Shown here one piece after another: positions 56,626 through 64,000 of a DNA stretch of 64,000 nt. Within the stretch, counting starts at the first letter, position 1; each line of letters starts with the position of its first letter. Source of the DNA: Candidatus Zixiibacteriota bacterium (lineage in GTDB: Bacteria > Zixibacteria > MSB-5A5 > GN15 > FEB-12). The DNA lies in assembly GCA_028715215.1 (NCBI GenBank), contig JAQUSF010000002.1:15-64014 (forward strand), in the 5' to 3' direction. Position numbers and translations under genes: made by a program. The notes beneath the pieces were generated by a model. It had not been told where the DNA came from. It saw nothing but the letters and a program-made list of their open reading frames with translations, and made no database searches.

Positions 56626-58386
56626 ATGAGAATATCATTGAATAAGTTTAAAAGAGCAGTTTATACAACCATAATAATAGTTCTGCTTTTGGGGCTCGGT
56701 TGCAGTGATGAAAAAAAACCAGCCAATCCCATACCGCCGCCGAATTCGCCGGTTGATTATTACGTTAATGCCGTAACCGGAAGTAATTTCAACGATGGTT
56801 CAGATGACGCACCCTTCAGAACCATTACTCATGCCCTGGCGGTGGCTGGGGCGGGCGATTCGATAAAAGTAATGCCCGGAACCTATGACCCTGCCCTGGG
56901 TGAAATCTTTCCCCTGGTCATACCTGATAGTGTAACTCTTATAGGCGACGAAGATAACCGGGGTACGGGGACTGATTCAACCATTATAGCGGGCTTTGGA
57001 AAAGTGAACAATCTCTATTATGCCGCTGTGGTTGGCGGAGAGAAAGCTTCCATATCCGGTTTTTTAATCCTCGTTCAGAGTACCGAACTTTTTCGCTATT
57101 GTGTTTATTGCATGGGCGTTGATTTTTCCATTTATCGCAATACCTGTAACAGCCTTTTCGGCGGTGTGTATCTGGAAGGCGAGGGGTCGTATCTTATTAA
57201 TGATAATATTCTGTCCGCTATTAATGCCGGTATCTGGTACAATACCTCCGTACTTTCGGTTATCAGGGATAACCAGTTCAAGGCGGGTACTTATATATAT
57301 TGCTATCATGGCGACGTCAGGATTATCCATAATACTTTCATGGGAAATTCACCCCGGGCAATTCTTGTCCAGAATGATTCCCCGGTGATCGACAGCAATT
57401 ACTTTATGGCAACTTACAGTAATGCCGCTCTGTCTGTCGGTGCTTCAGCCGGACCCATAATAAGACGGAATGATTTTTTTATCGGAGCTAATCCGTGTAT
57501 TCTGATCAGGGAGAATGCCGTTCCCGATATCGGCAGGGCGGATGATTCCGGTTACAATATATTTGGCGGCGTCGGCGGTCTGGCTGTACGGCATGAAGGT
57601 ACGGGGAAAATTTATGCCATCGGCAACGACTGGTATGGCGGCAGTCCGGTATGCGGCACGGAGATTGTCGTAGCCGGGGACGGCACCGTGGTCTGGGGAA
57701 CAAGCCAGGGGGACAGTTGTACGGCTCCGGAAACCGGGGAGTTTGAAGTCGACGCCAACACGGTGGCCCTGTGGCACTTTAACGAAGGCAGCGGAACGAC
57801 TACTTATGACGCCACGGGGAGCGGACATGACGCTTCGCTGGGACTGTCCGGTGCCGGCGAACCGTCATGGAATGCCCAGGGACGATTCGGTTATGGCCTG
57901 ACGTTCGAAGATACCCAGGAAGAATTTGTGCTGGCCACCGCCAAAGGCAATGATTTTCCGTCCAACCAGGTTTCGGTAGAACTGTGGTTTAAGACCGCCA
58001 GTGCCGACGAATATGTTCACCTTTTCAGGTGCGGCGATATCCTGGCTTTGGAAATGACCGCCACCGGAATTACTTTCTCAGTCGGGAACGGCACGACCTG
58101 GAAGAGCCTGACTGCTTTTGTCTTACCGGCTTTAACCGATAACGCCTGGCATTATGTCGCCGGTACTTTTAACGGCACCACATTGAATATTTTTGTCGAT
58201 GGTGTAAATCGCAATATTGATTTAAACGCCGCCATAACCCTGGGCAGTCCGGCCAGCTATTTTATGGGAGGTTATATCGGAGCTAAATATTTTGATGGTT
58301 CGATGGACGAAATACGGTTATCCAATATCGCCCGCAGTTCAAGTGAAATAAGTGCTTACTATGCCCGGTCACAGGGCGGAAAATAA
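56626..58386 (+). CDS. Probable lipoprotein with a right-handed beta-helix (DUF1565/pectin-lyase fold) and a C-terminal LamG-like domain
   Basis: A signal segment is followed by a Cys (LLLGLGCSD). YYVNAVTGSNFNDGSDDAPFRTITHAL is typical of DUF1565 beta-helix proteins. The C-terminal LWHFNEGSG...FDGSMDEIRLSN is typical of the LamG_3 type. Confidence 0.7.
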   Translation: MRISLNKFKRAVYTTIIIVLLLGLGCSDEKKPANPIPPPNSPVDYYVNAVTGSNFNDGSDDAPFRTITHALAVAGAGDSIKVMPGTYDPALGEIFPLVIPDSVTLIGDEDNRGTGTDSTIIAGFGKVNNLYYAAVVGGEKASISGFLILVQSTELFRYCVYCMGVDFSIYRNTCNSLFGGVYLEGEGSYLINDNILSAINAGIWYNTSVLSVIRDNQFKAGTYIYCYHGDVRIIHNTFMGNSPRAILVQNDSPVIDSNYFMATYSNAALSVGASAGPIIRRNDFFIGANPCILIRENAVPDIGRADDSGYNIFGGVGGLAVRHEGTGKIYAIGNDWYGGSPVCGTEIVVAGDGTVVWGTSQGDSCTAPETGEFEVDANTVALWHFNEGSGTTTYDATGSGHDASLGLSGAGEPSWNAQGRFGYGLTFEDTQEEFVLATAKGNDFPSNQVSVELWFKTASADEYVHLFRCGDILALEMTATGITFSVGNGTTWKSLTAFVLPALTDNAWHYVAGTFNGTTLNIFVDGVNRNIDLNAAITLGSPASYFMGGYIGAKYFDGSMDEIRLSNIARSSSEISAYYARSQGGK

Positions 58387-58416
58387 TTTTTTTATCAATA
58401 TATTCCCGGTCTGATA

Positions 58417-59778
58417 TTATAAATCGAAAATTTTGCCAGGATTAAGAATATTCTTCGGGTCGAATTGTCTTTTAATTTTACGCATTAACTCTACCCCGGG
58501 ACCGTGTTCTATCTCGAATAAGTCTTTATGGCCAAGCCCGATACCATGTTCACCGGATATGGTGCCGTCGAGGGCTATTGTTTTTTTAATAATGCGATTA
58601 CTCATTTCAACAGCCATCTGCCATTCATCGGGTTTGTCTTTGCGTGCCAGTATCAGGGCATGCAGAAGTCCCAGTCCGACATGACCGAAAGTGAAAACAG
58701 CCAGGCGGTTTTCATTGCCAAGCTGATGACAGAATTCTACCATTTCCGGGAGTTTCGAAATAGGAAAAGCGACATCATTGCGAATAATACTGTACCCCGG
58801 TTTGAGGTGTTTGACCGCATCGGTTGCCCAATGGCGGATTTCCCAGGGGCGATGACCTTCGCCAAATTCCAGTTTACTGCTTCCCAGCTCGGTACAGATG
58901 GTGTCGGCTAAGGCGCTGTTTGCCTCCAGGACCGCTCTGGGACCATGAAATTCCAAAAAGAGACACGGCACTTCAGACAGACCATAACCTTTAAGCTGGT
59001 TAAGGGCCTGGATCAGGTAACGGTCGAGAAATTCCACTGCGGCCAGGTCCAGACCGTAACGACACATCTCCGATACAGCTTTGGCAGCCTTGATTTCTTC
59101 ATTAAATTTATAAGCTGATTGCAGGCGGTCTTCCGGAATCCCCGCCAGCTTTAAAGTTACCGATGAAATAACCGCCAGGGTACCCTCCGAGCCGGCTATT
59201 AAATCAACCAGATTATAGCCGCTGGAACGTTTGACCGCCCGGTTGCCTATTTTCATGACTTCCCCGGTCCCGGTGACGATATCCAGGGCCAGGATATATT
59301 CACGGGTACCGCCGTATTTGATGGAATAAATACCGCTGGCATTGGTTGATACCATCCCGCCGATGGTGGCAATATCACCCGAACCGCCCGGTGACGGGGG
59401 GAAGAAAAGGCCTTCGTTTTTTAGATGGTCATTGAGGCGGTCATAGATAATTCCGGGTTGTACCTGGACCTGAAGGTCGTCGGGCCAGAGATGTAAAATC
59501 CGGTTCATGCGGCTGAGGTCGAGCACAAGCCCGTCTGGCAGGGGGATGGTCGAACCCTCGAGGGCGCTGCCGGCGCCCCTGGTCGTAACCGGAGTGCCCG
59601 TATCGTAACAAATTTTGACGACTTGGGCTATTTCGGAAGCCGAGGTCGCCCAGACAACAGCCAGGGGTTTTACCGGCGGAAGAGTGGATTCGTCGTGCGA
59701 AACTACTTCCAGCTGGTCGGATTGTACCGATATTTGCTCCGCCGGAAAAAACTGAGACAACTTCTCAATTATGTTCAT
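58417..59778 (-). CDS. FAD-binding oxidoreductase (GlcD / D-lactate dehydrogenase family)
   Basis: It has a PCMH-type FAD-binding N-domain (VTTRGAGSALEGSTIP) and an FAD-oxidase C-domain ending in KRQFDPKNILNPGKI. Confidence 0.85.
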   Translation of the reverse strand: MNIIEKLSQFFPAEQISVQSDQLEVVSHDESTLPPVKPLAVVWATSASEIAQVVKICYDTGTPVTTRGAGSALEGSTIPLPDGLVLDLSRMNRILHLWPDDLQVQVQPGIIYDRLNDHLKNEGLFFPPSPGGSGDIATIGGMVSTNASGIYSIKYGGTREYILALDIVTGTGEVMKIGNRAVKRSSGYNLVDLIAGSEGTLAVISSVTLKLAGIPEDRLQSAYKFNEEIKAAKAVSEMCRYGLDLAAVEFLDRYLIQALNQLKGYGLSEVPCLFLEFHGPRAVLEANSALADTICTELGSSKLEFGEGHRPWEIRHWATDAVKHLKPGYSIIRNDVAFPISKLPEMVEFCHQLGNENRLAVFTFGHVGLGLLHALILARKDKPDEWQMAVEMSNRIIKKTIALDGTISGEHGIGLGHKDLFEIEHGPGVELMRKIKRQFDPKNILNPGKIFDL

Positions 59779-59800
59779 GGTGCGGCAGTTTACCGTGTGG

Positions 59801-61246
59801 TTACTTATTTATTAACTCATTGAAAAAATAATCCCATAAGGGCAGGACTACCGGTTTTTTGGTTAAACCGGCCTGGTCTTCGGGTGACAGATATTTCTTG
59901 TCTATAATCACTTCGTAAATATATTCGTCGAACCAGTTGTCATACATGTACCAGAAGCCCTTATCGCCGCGGTCAACGCCCCAGCTGTTTTCCACGAGCC
60001 ATTTGACCGGCCGGCCGTCGCTGGTTGTATCCACTCCCAGGATGACCATCATATGGTTGGCGGCACCTTCCCGATAGTCCACCCGTTCAGACTTGGGAAC
60101 CGTGAAGTCGAGGTTGAAAACCTTGTCGTATTCATAAAGGTTATAGGCGAAAATACCGGAATCAGTCAGATTACCTCTTGAGACATCACAGGCGAAACAT
60201 ACCGCCAGGCTGTCAAGAAGCATTTTTTGGGTATACTCTTTTAATTTTGAAACGGGCAGATTGAGGGAAACTATATCCGGTTTTTCGGCCAGGTTACCCC
60301 ACTGCCATTGATAAGTCTGATGATAGGGTTTGGTGGGATAGTCGATTAAAGAGACATAATCGAGTAAATCCGCGGCAATAAATTCATCATAGAAAGACTT
60401 CGGGGTATACGTCTGACTGATATAAACGGCCGGTTTTACTTCTTCGGTTTTGGTAGAGTCTTCAATTTCAGGATCCGGTTTATCTTTCTTTTCATAGCGG
60501 AAAACGAATTCTGTCGGGGGTTGGCCGTAATTATAAACCATCAACTTGTAGATTTCAGCCAACATCGCCACCTTACTACGGCGCAGGTCATTTACCTTCT
60601 TTCCGTCGGCGTACATTTTTCTCAGTTCGGCGGCAAAGCTCTTTAATTTCAAGCTGGCCAGGTTGTTTATTTGCCCCGTGGACATCGATTGTTTCGTTTC
60701 CGGCATGGCTGATAGCGGCACGGCCCCGTATTTGGTTATCAGGTTGACGGCGTATTTCCACTGACCGCCGTCGCCGAAAGGATAACGAAGAATATTTTCC
60801 ATTTCTCTTGAATCCAGGGGGGCATCAATGTATTTAATTATATTCTCAAGGAAAGTGTTGGCTTTTTCCATCTTATCCCAGAAAGTAAGAAAAGGCTGGG
60901 ACAACTCAAATTTTTCATGATTCAGTTTCCGGGCGATTTTCTGATTGAAAACATTAAGGGTGGCAAACAGCCAGCAACGACCGGAACTTTTCTGGTTGGT
61001 CACGCCGGCGGATTTAAGCCGGACATTGAAAAATTTATCGTGCTCGAGGAAAAGGTCTCTGTTTAAGGACAGGTTATTCAGGCTGTTATTGGCTACTGCA
61101 TTAAGGATAGCGGGATTGACTTCTTTTTGATATTCCTCGGTGAATATTTTAATCATGTCATTATCGATGGCACTGTTATCTCCGGCCGGGTAGCCCGTGG
61201 CCGTAAAAACCAGTACTGTCATCAGGACTAAAGTTGCTTTTCTCAT
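59801..61246 (-). CDS. pepC: C1B-family cysteine aminopeptidase (PepC / bleomycin hydrolase-like) with a signal peptide
   Basis: The catalytic motif NQKSSGRCWLFATLN is present, with His/Asn-region motifs HMMVILGVD and VENSWG. ATG 61246 gives MRKATLVLMTVLVFTATG and removes the overlap with the upstream paralog. Confidence 0.85.
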   Translation of the reverse strand: MRKATLVLMTVLVFTATGYPAGDNSAIDNDMIKIFTEEYQKEVNPAILNAVANNSLNNLSLNRDLFLEHDKFFNVRLKSAGVTNQKSSGRCWLFATLNVFNQKIARKLNHEKFELSQPFLTFWDKMEKANTFLENIIKYIDAPLDSREMENILRYPFGDGGQWKYAVNLITKYGAVPLSAMPETKQSMSTGQINNLASLKLKSFAAELRKMYADGKKVNDLRRSKVAMLAEIYKLMVYNYGQPPTEFVFRYEKKDKPDPEIEDSTKTEEVKPAVYISQTYTPKSFYDEFIAADLLDYVSLIDYPTKPYHQTYQWQWGNLAEKPDIVSLNLPVSKLKEYTQKMLLDSLAVCFACDVSRGNLTDSGIFAYNLYEYDKVFNLDFTVPKSERVDYREGAANHMMVILGVDTTSDGRPVKWLVENSWGVDRGDKGFWYMYDNWFDEYIYEVIIDKKYLSPEDQAGLTKKPVVLPLWDYFFNELINK

Positions 61247-61263
61247 TGTCTTTTTCCTTCCGT

Positions 61264-62715
61264 TTATGATATTTTTTTGAGAGCCTGAGAAAATACATCC
61301 CACAGGGGCAGGACGACAGGTTTTTTCTTAAAGATGTCCCGGTCTTCAACCGTCAGGTATTTTTTATTGATAATGATAACATAGACGAATTCATCGAACC
61401 AGTCATCATACATGGTCCAGTAGCCGTCGTCACCGCGTTTGGTTCCCCAGCTGTTCTTGACCAGCCATTTAAGCGGTTGACCGGTGGTATTAGTATCGAC
61501 ACCGACTAACGTCATGGCGTGCGAGGTCCAGCTGTCAAGGTACTCCAGCCGCTCCGCCTTCGTCATTTTAAAATCCATGCCGTAGAGTTTGTCATAAGCA
61601 TAAATACCCCGGACGAAAAGACCCGAATCGCCGTAATGGTCCTTGCCGACATCACAGGCGAACCAGACCGCCTGACTGTCAAGCAGGGAAGCCAGGCAGT
61701 AATCCTTCAAACTCCGTACGGGAAGGTTGAGCATGGTGAAATCAGCTTTTTCGTAGATATTACGGGACCATTCCCCTTGATATAACCGGCGGTAACTTTT
61801 CGTCGGATTGTCAGTCAGGGCGACAAACTCCGGGAGCTGGTCACCGATAAATTCTTTATAAAATGAAAGAGGAGTAAAATTGCGGGAAATGATTATTTTC
61901 CTGTCTTTATCCTTAACCGCGGTCGAGTCCCCGGTATCAATTTTGGCGGTATCTTTAGTTTCATAGCGAAAAACGAACTCGTTCGGCGGCTGACCATAGT
62001 TTAGTACCAGGAATTTATATAATTCCCCGATCATTTCTTCTTTACGCTGGCGAAGTTGTTTTACTTTTTTCCCCTCACGGTGCATCCGGCGAAGTTCGGC
62101 AGTGAAGGTTCGAAGCTTGGTGTTGGTCAGGGAATTGATAAGCCCGGTTGCGGACGACTGGTATGTTTCAGGCATCGCGGAAGCGGGTACCAGACCGTAT
62201 TTATCGACCAGACCGGCAAAATAATGCCACCAGCCGCCGTCACCGTAAGGTTCTGATAAAATAATATCCATCTTACGGTCATCAAGCGGGAGGTCTCGAA
62301 AAGCAATTACCTGTTCCAGAAAGAGATTGGCTTTTTCCAGCCGGTCCCAGAAAGCCAGATAGGCATGTGAAATTTCAAAATCCCTGATATCAAGTTTCTT
62401 TTTAACGATGGGGGAGAGGATATTCGCACCGGCATACATCCAGCAGCGACCGGAACTCTTCTGGTCGGTTATATCCGTAGTCGTTAATTTATGATTGAAA
62501 AACGAGTCGTTCTGAAGAAGTTTCTCCCGGTTTAAGGCAAGTTCGCTGACCCGGTTGGCTGCAACAGCGTTAATCATGGTTCGTAAAGAAGTATTTTTAT
62601 CAATATCCGTTCGATATCGATTCAGAAGCTCAGAGGTTATGTTACCTTCATCGTTTGCCTGAACATTCGTCAGAAAAAAAAATATTACTGTAAGTATGAC
62701 AGGTAAGATTCTCAT
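61264..62715 (-). CDS. pepC: C1B-family cysteine aminopeptidase (PepC-like) with a signal peptide, tandem paralog
   Basis: It carries DQKSSGRCWMYAGAN, HAMTLVGVD and VKNSWG. ATG 62715 gives MRILPVILTVIFFFLTNVQA and has AAAGGG upstream. The track start at 62724 is GTG. Confidence 0.85.
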   Translation of the reverse strand: MRILPVILTVIFFFLTNVQANDEGNITSELLNRYRTDIDKNTSLRTMINAVAANRVSELALNREKLLQNDSFFNHKLTTTDITDQKSSGRCWMYAGANILSPIVKKKLDIRDFEISHAYLAFWDRLEKANLFLEQVIAFRDLPLDDRKMDIILSEPYGDGGWWHYFAGLVDKYGLVPASAMPETYQSSATGLINSLTNTKLRTFTAELRRMHREGKKVKQLRQRKEEMIGELYKFLVLNYGQPPNEFVFRYETKDTAKIDTGDSTAVKDKDRKIIISRNFTPLSFYKEFIGDQLPEFVALTDNPTKSYRRLYQGEWSRNIYEKADFTMLNLPVRSLKDYCLASLLDSQAVWFACDVGKDHYGDSGLFVRGIYAYDKLYGMDFKMTKAERLEYLDSWTSHAMTLVGVDTNTTGQPLKWLVKNSWGTKRGDDGYWTMYDDWFDEFVYVIIINKKYLTVEDRDIFKKKPVVLPLWDVFSQALKKIS

Positions 62716-62991
62716 GGCCGGCACCCTTTCATGATATTTTATATTCCCGTATGATTCACCGTATTGTCCCAGAAGTGTGAACCTTCAAGAATTTACTTTC
62801 TTCCGGTAATTATAAGCCGAAAATATATGGTAAGATGGCTAAAAAGTAAATAAGAGTATTAACAAAAAAGTATTGTCAATTCCGGTCACTTTGTTTTTTG
62901 ACGCCGGATGGGGCAAAAAATGGGATTACTTATCACCGGGCTACGGGAGCAGCTCTTGATTTAACGAAAGGAGGTTTTCTAAAGGCAAACT

Positions 62992-63942
62992 TTATTTCTT
63001 TTTCAAAAAGTAATGGGAGTATTCTTTAGTACCGGTCGGAACTGCTTCACGGATATCATGGACGAGAATTATCGACGACCGGGCATGCTCCAAGCCAAAG
63101 CCTTTCCCATCCAGTATATTTTTATAAACTACGGTATGCAGGTCGGTGAAACCTTCGGAAAACTCGATTTCTTCATTATCTATAGTGATGGAGCGATAAG
63201 TTGGTTGCGCCTTCTTTACGGCTTCCTCAGGCAGGTCATTGCTGTCTATGGATAGAAACCACTTAACGCGGGCATTTTGAAGTTCCAAAAAGCCGGCGGT
63301 TTTATAGGGGTTGGCCAGATGGACTTCGCTGCTCTCAACCGGTCCGAACAACCAGATTAAGAGGTCAAAGAAATGAACCCCGATGTTGGTGGCTAGGCCT
63401 CCCGAACGGTCAACCTGACCCTTCCAGGAAACCAGATACCAGCGTCCCCGGGAGGTAATATAAGTCAGGACTACATCATATTTTCCATTGCGTTTTTCCT
63501 TTAACAACTTTTCCCGAAGCGCTATTAATGAAGGGTGCACCCTTAATTGTAAGATAGTGTAAACCCGATTGTGGGATTCCTGTTCCAGCTCAGCCAGGGC
63601 ATCGATATTCCACGGATTGAGCACCAGCGGTTTTTCACAGATAGCATCGGCACCCACCCGCAGAGCAAAACGGACGTGGGCATCATGCAGGTAGTTCGGA
63701 GAACAGATAGAAACATAATGTATCCGTTCCTGTTCGCTTTTGCGGCGTAGTTTCTCAATATGTCTGTCAAAACGCTCGAATTCGGTAAAAAAACTGACGC
63801 CGCTGAAATAACGGTCCAGAATACCGACCGAATCATGCGGGTCTACAGCCGCTAATAGATTGTTACCGGTATCCTTTATGGCTTTAAGGTGGCGTGGGGC
63901 AACATAGCCCGCAACACCAGTTATGGCAAAGTTTTTTGACAT
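62992..63942 (-). CDS. Gfo/Idh/MocA-family NAD(P)-dependent oxidoreductase (WbpB/WlbA-like sugar-nucleotide dehydrogenase candidate)
   Basis: The N-terminal Rossmann motif is FAITGVAGYVAPRHLKAI and the central motif is EKPL. An AGGAGA RBS is present. The sub-family call is from memory of O-antigen cluster homologs. Confidence 0.75.
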   Translation of the reverse strand: MSKNFAITGVAGYVAPRHLKAIKDTGNNLLAAVDPHDSVGILDRYFSGVSFFTEFERFDRHIEKLRRKSEQERIHYVSICSPNYLHDAHVRFALRVGADAICEKPLVLNPWNIDALAELEQESHNRVYTILQLRVHPSLIALREKLLKEKRNGKYDVVLTYITSRGRWYLVSWKGQVDRSGGLATNIGVHFFDLLIWLFGPVESSEVHLANPYKTAGFLELQNARVKWFLSIDSNDLPEEAVKKAQPTYRSITIDNEEIEFSEGFTDLHTVVYKNILDGKGFGLEHARSSIILVHDIREAVPTGTKEYSHYFLKKK

Positions 63943-64000
63943 TACATCTCCTGATAAGTTATTTAAAGCCGCCCGGTAATTTGGGCTCGCTTTTAATATT

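Noticed and set aside
1-64000. A search for mobile elements, integrases, transposases, rRNA or tRNA genes and CRISPR-cas anywhere in the window.
   Set aside because: None of the ORF translations shows DDE/HUH transposase, tyrosine or serine recombinase, or Cas hallmarks. No inverted terminal repeats or rRNA/tRNA-like sequences were recognised by eye. This is absence by manual inspection only.

Overview
This 64-kb window comes from a moderately AT-rich bacterium. A T9SS type-A C-terminal sorting domain, a DUF3078-like barrel and a GldG/DUF4340 ABC system suggest an FCB-superphylum-like, probably uncultivated lineage; the lineage is inference only. I recognised no rRNA, tRNA, CRISPR array, transposase or integrase. 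About 47 protein genes are supportable.

Housekeeping and transport genes include MscS, a PFK with a PPi-type signature, CcmF, an NCS2 purine permease, a DAACS symporter, an ABC/GldG/DUF4340 set, a GlcD-like FAD oxidase and a Gfo/Idh/MocA oxidoreductase.

The outstanding feature is a set of eight minus-strand genes between 18.6 and 56.3 kb. They encode signal-peptide-bearing enzymes: 2 M14 carboxypeptidases, 1 BNR/Asp-box propeller, 1 FN3 protein, 3 C10 streptopain-like peptidases and 1 C25 gingipain-like peptidase. All eight end in the same 74-residue, six-cysteine, internally duplicated 'PDISDIT-LID-LY' module, which looks dockerin-like. The three C10 enzymes also carry a cohesin-like beta-sandwich directly upstream of it. 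A 43-codon orphan copy of one half-module sits in a 1.1-kb non-coding gap. I propose this as a candidate undescribed surface-assembly or sorting system, a protease 'peptidosome'.

Three tightly coupled operons are interleaved with these genes:
- A non-pyrrolysine MttB-family methyltransferase with a corrinoid protein, a homocysteine methyltransferase domain and a MetH-activation-like domain.
- A Tat-DUF362 protein, a NapH-like polyferredoxin and a lipoprotein. The DUF362 and lipoprotein pair is duplicated at the window start.
- An AmmeMemoRadiSam trio whose radical SAM enzyme has a Tat signal and whose Memo-AMMECR1 fusion has a Sec signal.

Start codons were refined by hand from RBS positions and from recurrent 1-nt stop/start overlaps.
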